DNA of 64,000 bases from Gnetum montanum. Taxonomy: Eukaryota > Plantae > Gnetophyta. This document shows, in pieces, positions 1 to 12,989 of this stretch. A program made the position numbers and the translations under genes. The notes below the pieces were generated by a model, which searched no databases, was not told where the DNA came from, and was given only the letters and a program-made list of their open reading frames with translations. How positions within the stretch are numbered: the stretch's first letter is position 1; each line of letters starts with the position of its first letter. The stretch spans positions 340,813 to 404,812 of the forward strand of contig MNCI01000357.1 in assembly GCA_015680685.1 (NCBI GenBank), read 5' to 3'.

Positions 1-1485
1 TATCCCAAAAATGAAGTGGAGAAGTAAGCTACCTTTGCCTTGTTTAATCATGAGAACCAGTTGCATGATGAAACGAAGGAAAAGCTACAAACAACATAAG
101 CATAGTTGGAAGTTCTTCAAGCTTAGTACATTTAGCAATGTGATGTTGCATAGAATCTAGTAAAAAGGATGGCAAAGTATTAGGAGCTCAACAAAAAGGT
201 GAAATCACTTATTATCAAATGTAAAATATTTGTTTCCTAGTTTGTTTAAGCAAATAAAATGTTTCCAAACCTATCATGTCCATGGAAGTTCCCAATAACT
301 ACCAATCTAACCAATTTGGCCTGGACCATCGATGCTCTACAAAAAAATGTAGAGAAGCATCAAATGATCCTCAAACACTTCTGCATGGAGAATCGAGTTA
401 CCAATCCAGCGTAGGAGCCACCATAGGAGGAGGAGATGTCACCACTTCAAACAACAAGAAGACTTGCAATTGGAAATTTTGAAAACTTGTAGATTTTGGT
501 AGTTTGTTTTATATGTGTTTAGTATTGTGACATTTTGTAAACTACTCAAATAAAACCATGTAATGCAGCACTCAAGTTAGTTAGTTAGTGAGTTAGCCAA
601 TTAATTAAGTCACCTCCATAATTTTATAATAAACTCTATCTCAATTATGTTTAACTCAAGGATAAATTTTTAGTTATTTGTGGGCGTATGATGAAGCTTT
701 TTCTACATGCTACAATCATAAACATGACATATTCAAGGACATTAAAGTTTATAAATACTTGTTAGCTACTACATTAAATGCACCATTTTAGTCATAGTAT
801 AGTGAAGTTTTTGTAGTTCACTTTTATTAAAGTTAGAAGTTATCACTAATTGCCCACAACATGATCTAAGTGAGTTGTTTGGAATCTTGTTTGAGTGAGT
901 ATGTATTTGAACACATTTTCATGATGACAATAAGATCAAGATCTATTTACCTTCATTATAGTACTTAGCATAATTTAACAATTTCTTTAATTACAATTTA
1001 ATTTCTTAATGTACTTAGTGTAATATTTACCTTTCAATGTGTGCTCATGACTTTGCAAAAAGAGCATGACTAGTTTTGAGCATAAACATGTAACTGTTTG
1101 GTAACCCAATAGTGACATTGCTTAGTATGCCCAACATCATGTTGCTTGGTAATCCCAACAATAGTTACATTAGTTTAGATAGACATTTATTACCTTAAGC
1201 TAGATTAAGATTTACTTTACCACACATAGGTTAGTTTAGATTAAGTAGTTATATTTTAATACTTTAATAATATTTTGAATATGACTATGACAACACCATA
1301 TGTCTTAATCACACTTAACCATTCATACTAAACCACACACATGTGATTGGGAAGATAGTGATTAATGATCAACATCCTAGCCATATTGATATTTACACTA
1401 GTTTAGTTTATGGAATTCGACTAGGTTATGCATGAAAGCTTGTGATCTATATAATTAGGCGTAGGGTCTAGTTTACCACTCATCA
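1..1485 (+). mobile_element. 3' end of an Athila-like Ty3/gypsy element (family member A0): decayed internal tail 1-688 plus 3' LTR 689-1485
   Basis: PPT-like tttgtgggcgta precedes TGATGA at 689, as gttgtgggggta does before the 3' LTR at 24828. The LTR ends ...gtagggtctagtttaccACTCATCA at 1485. It shares internal LTR blocks (aataagatcaagat; ttggtaaccca...gcttggtaatccca) with the LTRs at 14599 and 24828. Confidence 0.7.
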
Positions 1486-2379
1486 TCAAGTATGTAATAC
1501 TATTAGCAACTTTATTCAAAAAACTTAGGAAGACCTTACTATGACAATAATTTATGCAAATTTTCTAGAATTATATTGTTATATCTTTCTACCACACCAT
1601 TATTTTGAGTTGTGACAAGATAAGTCTTTGAATAAATTATTCCATTTGTTCTACAAAATAATTCAAACTCTCAAGAGATATATTTATCTCCATTGTTAGT
1701 AACAAGATGTTTTTTAGAGCAACAATATACCTTCTCCACTTTAGCATTAAATAGCTTAAACATTTATAAGAAAATTGTCTTATAAACTAATAGTATAAAG
1801 CCAAGTTTTATGGTTGACAATGAGGTGTTAGCTTGATGGCAAAACTCTTGATTTAGAAGCTCTAAGTTATGAGTTTAATTCTAGTCTGCAATGGTAAGTT
1901 ATATAGTTAGTTTGACTATATTTCTTGGAGGTAAATTTTGTTAAAAAAAGAAAAATATTAAAAATTTTCACAAGACTTAAAATCATTGAAATGTGAAATG
2001 GTGAGAATCCACAAAACTTAAATTTATAAAAGTATTTGTTAAATTAAAATTTTAAATATTCAAGAATCACATAAGAATCATGATAAAGAAAACTATAATT
2101 ATAATTTTGTAAAAAAAAAAAAAAGAAATCCACTCACAAAGTATTAAAACTAAAATTTAAAAGTAAAATCGATTAAGAAATAGTTTAATTTCTTTGCTCT
2201 AGCACTCACAAAACACAAAGGGCGCTTGGAGATACTACTTTGATATGTTCTTAAATTAGGGACTTAAGACATCTCCTGAGGATTCAAAGGATTAAGCCCA
2301 ATCTAGTGTATAATATGAAATAGTCAAAGATGTATGTTAAGAGGTTAAAACTACTTAATAATGTGATTCAAAATCTGAA

Positions 2380-5050
2380 ACGCTCTGTTAATGACAATTT
2401 ACAGGGAATCTGTGTATGCTCCATCTATCTTAAAGATTGTAAAAGCGTTTACATTTTCATTTCCATTCCAGCGTTTTCATATATTTGTTAAATCAGAGGG
2501 AAGGTATAAGAAAGTAGTTGGGTAAGTTTTCTTTAAGATAATTTTTAGTAAGTAGTTTTGGATTGTGGATTTACACATAACACTAATCCCTGTAAATGGC
2601 ATTAACTATTGAGATTAAAATTTCAATATATTTGTCTAATTTTGGTTGTGCAGCGTTTGTTTGTTCTCGGACATCAGCAATGGGAAGCTGTATCGGGAAA
2701 TAATAACGCATCTCTGCCACAAGTGGGTGGCAGAAAATTGAAAGTGAACTCAGAATTGGCTGAAAGTACTGAGAAATAATGCAGGGGTAGCTCTTCCTAG
2801 AGAGAATAGGAAGGAATAGGAAGAAAACTACATAGCATCAGTATCCACATTGAAGTTGTGATTACCCCGCATCAATTCCTACACAATTATAGTTGTTGTA
2901 CCTCTTATGTTGTCTCTGAAGCAGGCCGTTTGGCTCTGGCAATCTCTTTCCAAAGACACCTTTCAGATGAAGCCCTGTATATATTTTTTCCGGAAGTTCT
3001 TAGGTTGTTTTCTTCGAGTTCATTGTACTGCAGAAACTTCATATGAATGCACGATGAAGCAGCAGCGGCTCCAATTTTGTGTATTCCTCATAGATGAGGG
3101 CAGTTGAGTTTGATGGCTTAAAAATTAAAATAGGTGAATACGCCTGAGCCTGTCATCTCCAGTTTACAGGGTGTGAACTTTTTTTCTTGACAAGTTTTCT
3201 TTTTAAAATTTTTTTGACATGAGCTTAATTTCGCATTTGGAATTAAATATTCATGATGGAATTCTGAAATTGTATTTTTCGGTAAAGCTACGGTATATGA
3301 ATCGTAATTATGAATTTACCATATTACCACATCAGCAAATGGAAATAAAAGTTCCCTATTTTGGTAAGAACAGAATTTTTAATCCATGGTCCGGACAGAG
3401 TCTTATATTATAGCGAACTTTGCTTACTGATTAGAGTCAGTAAGCAACCAACAGATTTTGCTCTTGAACATGCATATTTATTTGGAACCACACTTTTAGC
3501 TTTTCAAAAATCTGTCATGTTGGATTAGCACAAGCAAAACTCTGCAATGTTGGGTTAGCAGAAGTTTTTGGAGGTGCATTGTGAAACAAAAGATTATTGT
3601 AAAGGTACTGTTGTGACTTGCAACTTAAACCCATGATTTGTCCCTTAGTGAAGTTGCCAATTTAGTTTACCAAGAGATGTCAAATTGATATGGTGAAGAT
3701 GCCAAGCACCCAGAGCACCTGCCTGAAAATCCTTCTGTCCTTAGAATGAGAACAGAGAACAAAGAAATTGACGCCTCATTTTTTCTGAAGTTTTCAGAAT
3801 TACTTTTTAAGGCTTTGCAGCAAGGCATAGCATGAAGCATTGATTTAAGCAACTGCAGTCTACCTGCATAGAGTCAAAAGCTTTTCTTTCTCAGCAACTA
3901 AACATTTTGTCACTTTCATGGTAACTTTTTATTTGTGTCATTTGGTAATTCCAAACATTTAGAGCGTGGGTTTATAGTGTATTTCGCCTGTGCTCGCTGA
4001 AACGTTCATTCTGGATTCTGGATTAGGTGAAGTGCTGAGTTATCGTTAATTTTGTTTAATAAATTGTTAATGCAGAAAACAATGACAAATTTCTGTTTTC
4101 CAAAATATTCCATTTTACTACAGATGTTTTAATGGCATTCTATGGGATGATGTTGTAGTCGTGGAAAATGGACAGGTATATGCAGGTACAATCTCTCTGG
4201 CGTTGTAAAAACCAAAGGTTTCAATAGGGAGAGCCCCATGTTCTGAATCAAAATTGAAAAATAAATAAAGAGCGTGTAAAATAAAATTGAAGAGACACTG
4301 AATTACCTTGAAAAACCTTGGACCATTAGCACGTTAGCTTTCCAAACAAAACTCTGGAGAGTAGAAAATGACGGGTATTTTTTGGCCGACAGAGGAGAGG
4401 AAAATGAGAGATTTTTTCAGTACATACATCAAGAATATCAATGGGCATATTGCCAAGGGTGAGAGTAGCCTCTATTTACTGTAATAATGGCTTAATTTCA
4501 AGAACCGAGGAAATCATGGGTCTGTTATGATTATGGACAGATGATTTCTGAAGGATGAACTGAGAAAATCACGGAAAGGTGATGGATAGAGAATCTGGGG
4601 CAGATTTTGCCTCCGATGATGCAGCAAGATTTACAAAGCAGAGCTCCATGTAATCATGGTAAAAGCATCTTTATTTCTACGAAAGCATCATTTGAGCATA
4701 GCCGACTATAGCAGCGGAGCCAATATATGGTGCAGCCCCAGTTACTACGCCATATTTTTGGAATTGGGATGCCTCAAAATGGTGGGACAGAAGAATAACC
4801 AGACGTGATCTTGCAGGAATGGTGCAGCATTAAATAACTTCAGAAAACTCTAAACACTTTAAAGCGTTGTGAGAGTGAATTTTATTCTCTTTTTTCAGAG
4901 ATCCGCTTAGTAGTCTCTGATCTGTGTAGGTTTTTTTTTCCCTTCTAAAATTCGTCACGAAGTATATTACAAACCAATTGATTGTACTTTTGATCTTATT
5001 TCATTTATTTAAATTTATGGGTTCTTTCACTGAATTTCTTTCTTTCAACT
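2380..5050 (+). other. Candidate spliced transcript, lncRNA or gene remnant of unknown identity
   Basis: CpG is retained, unlike in flanking TEs. Splice-like sites occur at GG|gtaagt (2521), tgtgcag| (2653) and ctacag|...cag|gtatat (4124-4174). There are short open stretches such as YGAAPVTTPYFWNWDASKWWDRRITRRDLAGMVQH* ending ~4833, followed by a T-rich 3'UTR-like tail. I could not build a continuous gene model. Confidence 0.2.
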
Positions 5051-6636
5051 TTCAAGCTCCTGTTTTTGTCCTGCATCTAAAGCGCAACAATTGTATGGAA
5101 GGATGTTTTCACTGACAGTTTGTTAATCCCCTAAACGAGTTTAGGGGAGTTTGGTTGAAGGCAACTAAAAGGATTTGCCCTCACTTACCAAAAGACTTTA
5201 GTCCGATTTTGTGCTTGCATACCCGCGTGAGAAATCTGTAACCTTGCTGTGAACATGAACAGTGTTATGCTATTCAATAGTTTAAGAGGAGCGGACAAAA
5301 AGAATATTAATAATATGAAAAAAAATCAGAGTACATCACATGTTTAATTATGTAGTAAAAAGTCTCAAAAATAACATGCAAAAGAATAATTTTCTGATTT
5401 TAGAAATGAGAATTACTAAAAAGGTGAACAGTTTTATGATAGATGTTTTGAAAAAATCAAAAAGGAAAACTAATAGCAGGAAAGATTGTCCTTGTCTAAC
5501 AGCATTTACATCATTTTCAATATATGCTTGAACTTAAAATTACAAAAGGTTTCAATGTAGCAGTGAAAATCTTTTGCAAAGTACCAACTTTTATAGAAGA
5601 GAAAGGTACAAAAGTAAATGCTGACACATAATGTCTATCATGATTGAGCTTATGTTGAGTCTCTTTGGCATCTTCTAAACCTTGCTAGTCAACAAAAGAT
5701 TTCATGTTTGGGTAGACAGTAATCTTCTTACACAAGGAAAAATTTTTCCAAGTACTCTTCAATATTTCACTATTCATTAATAATTCTTAATGTAAGCTAA
5801 CCATGTAAAACATTACTTAACACATTTATATGAAATACATGGGATTGATCTCACTTGAGTTAGATATTAAATTACTTGGCTTAATGTATTCTTGGTTCAT
5901 AAGGTGCTTGTTTCTCAAGTTGTAAAACTTAAGTTTGAGCTTGGACACAACTCCTCTAACCAGGTTAAGTTTTTATTTATACATTGATCCTCTCAAGATT
6001 TGCATTAGCAAGATCAACATTGAGCTCTTGAATGATAAAGAAAATCTTTGCACATTTTACTCATTTGAATTTTAAAATGGGAACAAAATATGGTAGAAGC
6101 CATACCATGATTTTGAAAGTAATGATTGAACCATGTGAATGTGAAGTAGAAGCTGTATAATGTTTTTACTTAGCAAGTACAACTTGTAAACTGATTTTTT
6201 CATGTACTTTGCACCTTAAAAGTGAAATACTAAAATCAAAAGGTATGTTCCAAACATAGATAATGCAATCAAATATTCTCATTGAGAAAAAAAAAAGAAG
6301 GTTTTTGCTTACCATGATGCTAGCTTTACCATGATGCTAGCTCCTGGAAGGATAGGGGGACATCTTTGTTTTAAAACGCACCTGTATTATGTCCACCTTG
6401 GTCACCATCCCCATAACCCTAGTTGCAAGAAATGCAATGGATTGCCAATGTTTCTGCAACCAAAATCCTTTTCATGGCATATTAATATATTTCTCTCAGA
6501 AAACTAAAAGGTTTTCCATAGTTATTAAATGAAATATATTTAAATTAAGAATATTTCGAAATAAACAGTAATTTCTTTCATATGAGTTATATTAGTAGTT
6601 CTCTTCCCATGTATCACTTCATGTATCACTTCTGTT

Positions 6637-6990
6637 TCATTTTTGACATAAAAATATTCAAATTCTTCTAAATTATTGCTTGGATTCTTTATGCTGTTTC
6701 TTTTCTGCAACCTTTTCTTTGGATGTTGCTCCGTTTGTTGTTTCTGTTAAGTATGCCCATAACATTTTTGACATGGAAATATTCAAATTCTTCTAAATTA
6801 TTGCTTGGATTCTTTATGCCATTTCTTTTCCACAACCTTTTCCTTGGACGGTGCTCCGTTTTCTCGTTTCTGGTAACTATGCCCATAACAACTTTCACAT
6901 GCTTGTTTAAAGGAACCTTTTCCTTGGACGGTGCTCCATTTTCTCGTTTCTGGTAACTATGCCCATAACAACTGTCACATGCTTGTTTAA
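6637..6990. repeat. Compound local tandem duplication (~125 bp and ~80 bp units)
   Basis: ttgacat..aaatattcaaattcttctaaattattgcttggattctttatgc occurs twice (~6640, ~6765). accttttc.ttgga...tgctcc...tatgcccataaca occurs three times (~6709, ~6835, ~6916). Confidence 0.85.
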
Positions 6991-7875
6991 AGGGATTGTG
7001 CTTGACTGGAATGATTGGTAGAATTACCCAATGACTTCGTTGGCACTATAATTTGTACCAACGCATTATCTGAGATTTAATGATGATGAGCAAGGAAGCG
7101 TGGGAGGGTCCAGTTTTGTGTATTCCTCAGACGAGACTAGGACACAGGAATTTGATGCCATTAAAATAGGAGATTACTATCAACTTGTCATCACCGATTT
7201 CCAGGGTCTCACTTTTCATCTTATGACTGTTTTTCCCCCATATTTCGTTCGCTGAATTTAGTATTGCTACGTTTGAAAATTAGAATTAAATATTACTGAA
7301 GGAATTCTGGAGTTAAAATTGGAGGAAAGTTCATCGAGATGTTTCTGTTTCCATAACAATCATAATGTCGATGCAAATGCAGGCAATAGCTGACCATTTG
7401 TAAGCGGTCACCTCAGTGAAACATGCCAAAGACAAAGCTGCCGGATAAATCCAAGCATAGGAACCCACATAATTATTACCTATTTTGGTAAACCACTTAC
7501 ATTTCAATGTTAGCATCCAGTGGCTGTTGGCCACTTTGTTGAATCAATATCTGAATTCCATGAGAATGCGTATCCTTTTACGTAATTAATCTCACTTTCA
7601 ATTTCATATTTCATGATGATCTATGACATATGATCATTTGCTCCTGACTAACTCTTATTGGACACAGTTTCAGCTAGGAGCCTACAAGGTAGCTGCTCCT
7701 CTTAAGTTTGCTGCAACAATAATAAAAGATCATGGCAAGATCATCCCCATTGAATTTAAGCGACAAAGGGGACACCAAATCAAGTGCTACAGTTTGGCAA
7801 CTTATTTATTCTGGAAGGGAAAAGTCCTAAAGATTTTGATTTCCTTGCTAGTGGACGAGGGGTTAAAATAAACTA

Positions 7876-8053
7876 TCAGGGTACAAAGTACATGGGATTT
7901 GGAATCTTGAAAGTTCTGGCACCCACTGCAACTCCTGCCAGATCACTCCATTGGTCACCCACGTTTCCCCAAATGCGGTAGCCTTCTTGAAGCAGCTCCT
8001 CCCTCTTTTTGGACTTAAAAATCACTGCACTCTTTCCATTGTCTGCTTGGCCC
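7876..8053 (-). CDS. Acid phosphatase exon 3
   Basis: Acceptor tgtgcag|G; encodes KSAVIFKS...GYRIWGNVGDQWSDL...PNPMYFVP*. Confidence 0.93.
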
Positions 8054-9782
8054 CTGCACACATCAAATCAAAATCAAAATCAGGCTTCAATTTGTCAGTT
8101 ATACCACAAGGGAACCATTTGCCTTATTGGGCCTTTTTATTTGTTTTATTTTTTCGTATGTAAAGCTTTTGAATCACAAAATCAGCCATGAAATTGTCAA
8201 TCTTGCAGTTTGCCGTTTTGAGGGGGGTTTTTTTTTTTCGGTTGGTTATCACTCATCACCTCAGAATCAGTTTGGTGTAGCCTGTGTACCCCTGGGAGAT
8301 GAGATTTTCCCGTGTTACGCTTCTCATGGATTCGTCCCTACCACTAAGAAAGATGAGCTGAAAACCAGACTCGTTCAGGTGCATGTAGAGTTCTAGAAAT
8401 TGTGGAATCGCCACAGATTTGCAGCTTGCGGACCATGCTTTGAAGGAATGTGGATCATACGGCATTCCTCTGAAAAAGTCAAAAAGAATTAAAAAAAAAA
8501 ATGAGGTTAGCATCTCAGTGACTTGGCTGTGCATATATACCCAAGTAAAGGATTGCTTGTAAATTGATGCTGAAGCCAATTCTGTTTTCTTTTTCTTAAA
8601 AAAAAAAAAAACTTTTTCATGGATTCTTTTCTTGAACTAAAAGAAAGTAGGTTTGACACAATAAATGAAATTAGTCAATGGAGGAATCCAGAATTATGGA
8701 ATCAAACGTAAAAGGATGGATTCAAAATCTCTACAAACGATAATGACCAGTGATATGGAATGAGTATGAGATACCAGTGTACCCATTCTTTAGATTAATT
8801 TGAAACTAAATGTTTTTAGCCCAAAAATGCTAAGCTGGAAGTGAATAAACGAATGAGTTGTTCAAAGAAAAATCATAACAGAAACGACCTTAACATAAAA
8901 TGACCCAACACAATAGTTCGTGTGGAATTGAAACAAACAATTCAATTGATCGTGTCTTAGAGCTTGATCCCTTTAATAACCAGACGTAAAAATGACAACT
9001 GCACAAGGCTGCTAATTTGGAATTGAAACCTAAAAACATTTCAAAGAGACATTATAAAACAAAACAAAGCAGAAGTAGTACAATTAATGGTAGTAGCTTC
9101 ACTGTTTGAAGGCATGGATCTTATCCATTCTTGGGTTAAAAAAATGCAATAACTTGAAGATGTGGATTGAAACCCTTAAGCAATACCCCAACAGGATTAT
9201 ATCAAAGGGACAGCTTCTACATGAAATTGAAACCAGCAAACAAATACTAAACGAGAACGGGTTAGATGCATATTTTTATCAAATCTATTATCTCATTTTC
9301 TGCAATTGGACCCATTTGCAGTTTTGCATAAACCTATCAAATTCAGGTAAAAGTTCAAGTTCTGTTTGATTCCCCTAAGTCTTCTCAAAGAGTTTCAGCA
9401 CAAAATTGATAAAAAGGAAGTTTTACCCGTATTTTCTGCCAGCATAGTACTCAAGATTGGATAGAGCAGTATCATCCACATCCAAGATCCAAGCATCAAA
9501 CCCATCTCCAACAGGCAAAATGCTGTTACTGTAATCAACAATGTAATCCATTCCAGTAGCCAAATCCATGTCATACTGCCCACCCTCCATGTATTTCCTG
9601 ACATAATCCCTGCAATCATCAGGGATAGTCCACCAATTTACATGATTATGAACCTCCACATTCAGCCTCCAACCCAAACATTTCCCCTCAAAGTCATTTA
9701 ACTCTGCCCTAGCCCATATCAGCAAGCACAAGACCCAGAAAACAAAGGTTTCCAGGGACCCAAGAGACCTCATCATCATCAT
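7876..9782 (-). CDS. HAD superfamily subfamily IIIB acid phosphatase (acid phosphatase 1/VSP family), 247 aa, 3 exons: 9782-9427, 8469-8260, 8053-7876
   Basis: Exons join in frame via GT-AG introns (356+210+178=744 nt). N-terminal signal-peptide-like segment and CLGWRLNVEVHN. HAD motif I WILDVDDTALSN, motif II IFLSGR, motif III FKS, motif IV GNVGDQWSDL. C-terminus RTFKIPNPMYFVP is typical of the family. Confidence 0.95.
8260..8469 (-). CDS. Acid phosphatase exon 2
   Basis: Acceptor tttttcag|A; encodes GMPYDPHSFKAW...IFLSGR...GYTGYTKLILR; donor AG|gtgatg. Confidence 0.92.
9427..9782 (-). CDS. Acid phosphatase exon 1 (signal peptide, DxDxT nucleophile motif)
   Basis: ORF 9423..9782; donor TACGG|gtaaaa after 9427. 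Confidence 0.92.
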
Positions 9783-10534
9783 CCAAGGAGCTAAGATAGA
9801 AACATGAATTTTCTTGCAATGCCCAAGAAAACGAGAGCTACCACCCTATAAAAACTAGCGTACACAGGAGGCACCTGCATCTCATCCTGAGGCAATACTT
9901 TGAAATTGTTTTTAATTTTTTCCCACAAAATATATGCTCGACACAATAGATTATTCCAGGAAAGAGACCGACCACTGAAAGCAAATATGCAAGAAAAGGT
10001 CTGCAACAGAAGAACCCAAAATGCACATGGAAGGCCACTTTGTTCCCCACAAATAATGGCTTTGGGTTTGTGGGCAATTGATTCTTGCCCTGTTCCTGCA
10101 CATTACAAACTCCTTTGGCTTGCTTCTGGGTGGTGGCCTGAAACAACAACATTTTCTCTTCAAGATTTCACTCTATTGCTTTACTCACCCCATGATCTGA
10201 ACAAATTCCTCCTAATGGGTCTAGGAGCTTGATTATTCCCAAGAATAAATCCCATGACCCTTCATTTTCAACCAGCGAAAACAGAAACAATCCCATGACT
10301 CTTCAGGTGCTTAAGCTTTTCAGCAACTTGACAATTTCTTAAGGTTTCAAAATCCACCGTATCCCATCTTACTTTTGGAGCAGAGGTCAACTCCCTTGGA
10401 GATTACGTGGAATACGAGGACTTTGACATTAACACAGATTAGTACTGACAGCGATTTGGGCTTTAGTGGGAAGCTAAATTATGTTCCGGTCGCCTTTGCG
10501 AGGATTCAAACCACCTACATTTCTTTAGCCTTTG

Positions 10535-10542
10535 GAATATTC
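10535..10542. promoter_or_regulatory. Candidate P1BS (PHR1-binding site, GNATATNC) upstream of the phosphatase
   Basis: GAATATTC lies ~750 bp upstream of the ATG in non-TE sequence. It is a short motif, so chance occurrence is possible. Confidence 0.3.
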
Positions 10543-10919
10543 AGTGTACGCAAGAAATCTTTTATCGTCTTATTCTGCATAAAAGTCATTCTAACATACT
10601 TTTTTATCCTATTCGTTACTGCAAAGCAAATGCCATAAGGCTCTAGTCCACATCAAGTAGTCAAGGTGATACCAGGCACAACGGTTCGAACATTTATCAT
10701 CCACAGTGCTGCCAACACGTCATGCTGTAATTAGTTGTTGCCAACACATCCTCATGCAGTTAGTTGATCTACTGTTTTTTTTTTTTAACGGAAAGCAAGT
10801 TGTATCATATTATATGAAATGTCTGAAGTCTAAGGAAAAAGTAAACCGATATCTAATCACTTTATTAGATAGAGACAGGTGTGACGCTTGAGAAACATAA
10901 AAGATCCACCAGGAAAGAT

Positions 10920-11600
10920 TGTTGATAATTTGGGGCTGAGGTAAACCCCAGAAACCAAAAATTTTATTTAAAAATCAGCAACAATACATTTACATTGGAG
11001 ATATGCTCTTTCATGATCATGGAGATACGCTCATTCATGATAAAAGAAATCAGATACAAAGTGATTTACATCATGTTTCAAAACACCAGTAAAAGAATTG
11101 AGGAAGAAAATAAAGCCTCAATGCTTTTGGGGGTGCTAGTATTGGTTTTTGGGGGTGCTAGTATTGGTTTTCACCCTTGCAAGTAATCCAAAAAACCTCT
11201 CCTTTAGAGTAGGATAAGGATAAAATCTTGCCCTATGTTAAAAGCACCCTTTCAAGTTTTCACTTCTCAAAAGAGGCTTCCTATAAATCAAAATAAACCA
11301 AAAACTAGTTTGAATTACAAGTGACAAAAAATCATAAATCTTCTAGAAGAAATTGAGGAAATAGTAGAAGGAGCATCCTTCCATCTTCTCTTACCATAAA
11401 CTTGAAATAAAAAGTTCATATAAAGATTCAACTTCATCTCAAAATTGAAGCATTGCAATGTAAAATGTCTTCTATAAATCACATCATATATGTGCTTCCA
11501 AATGCAAGATAATACATCAAGCCTAAGGATATTCCAAAAAATATTAAAAGTGTCCTTATTTATTGTCTCATCTGGCATCATTTTATTGTCTCATCTGGCA
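10920..11600 (-). mobile_element. 5'-truncated L1-type LINE 3' end
   Basis: FNIFWNILRLDVLSCIWKH resembles an L1 ORF2 C-terminus. The minus-strand terminus reads aataaaatttttggtttctggggtttacctcagccccaaattatcaacaat (poly-A signal, GGGG/CCCC hairpin, decayed tail). Confidence 0.55.
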
Positions 11601-11609
11601 TCATTATAG

Positions 11610-12960
11610 CACCTTCTAGTTATTTTATATCACTTTCATATTCCTTTTGAAGCATATTTATCACTTCTTTATTCTCATTCTTTATTGTTAGGGCTAGCTC
11701 ACAAGTCTTCTGCATATATTATGAATAATTTCCAATTTTCCTTGATATCTCATTTCTTAGTTGCTAATTTTTCATCTTTAAATTTTTCATGTCAACTTCC
11801 ATCACTAATCTATTAGCATTTATAGAACCAATATCCTCCATCATCTCACTTTTTTTCATTCTTCACTTTCACTACTAAAACTTTCTTATATGCCTAGAAT
11901 TTTTACTTTAATTTTAGATCTTCTCCCTAAAAGTTGACTTTTTTTTTCCTGTGGTATTTTCAATATTCCCATCATGTTCATGGTTTATTTGTCATAGCCT
12001 TTGTTCTAACAAAGTGTAGCATAGACTCAACATCTCTACTTACAAATGTCATCATAATATTACTTTTATGTAGAGGATTTGTGATTAGTCTAGTATTCCA
12101 ATGTTGAATAGCTAATTCTAGTGCACTTTGGGGATTAACCTTGTATTCATCTACAAATCTTTTCCATACCTACTAATTTGCAATCCACTCTATCTCTTAT
12201 GAACTCTTAATTTCATGGAAATAAGTAGTTGTAACAATGTTACAACACCTCTTGAATATTCTAGAATTTTTATTAACATATCTTTACTATCATTGTTAAC
12301 CTTGTATGATAGTGTCCTAATCATGTCCTATAGATTTTTCTCATTGTTTATTATACTAATGTGTTATTTCTTATATATTTCCATGGAAGAGTTCTCTAAT
12401 GTTAGATTCAAAATATAGTCATATTTAATATTTTAGAAATATCCTTTAAAGTCATTTTCAGGATGTTCATATTTAACTTTGGATTATCTATTATCAAATT
12501 GTTGCTCTAACCTATATTTTCTTTTGCTGATGTTCTCTTCCTCTTTATAGCTAAAGGTTGATCATCTTCATCCTTTTCATTATTTAACATATTTATCTTG
12601 AAATCTAATGCTACTTTCCTAGATTTGGTCATGATAGTTATTTAAGTGTTCTTAAAAGCTTCTTTTTCTTACTCTTTAGGGTCTTCAATCTCTACATCCA
12701 CTCCATGTATAAAATTTACACATAGTGAATTCTTATAGAAATCTAAAAGTCTTGAGGTTATAATCCTTTCTTTATACAAATTTGAGTATATATGAGATGA
12801 CACATCCATATCCAAAGTATGGCGTATTTTACTTTTGTCAAGTAGTTGAAAAGATGTTCATTAGTTCTCATTATAATATGTCTTATCCAAAAAAAATTTT
12901 ACATCATACCTTCATGTTATGTTGATATTTTGTATATTGGATATGGTAATATAAGGTTTC
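11610..12960 (-). pseudogene. Heavily decayed TE-like ORF of unassigned family
   Basis: Stop-riddled, purine-rich minus-strand frame with EKDEDDQPLAIKRKR and coiled-coil-like segments (DMKNLKMKN*QLRNEISRK). No termini identified. Confidence 0.3.
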
Positions 12961-12989
12961 TTATCTTTGCAAAAGATGTAACTCACGAA

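Noticed and set aside
1822-1960. tRNA/SINE-like A box (tagcttgatgg) and B box (gagtttaattct) with an A-rich tail
   Set aside because: Too degenerate: no cloverleaf and no TSD found. It may be an old SINE, but I cannot support that.
5150-5195. miR399-like string aaaaggatttgccct
   Set aside because: It matches only the 3' part of miR399, the hairpin is too short for a pre-miRNA, and there is no IPS1-type site.
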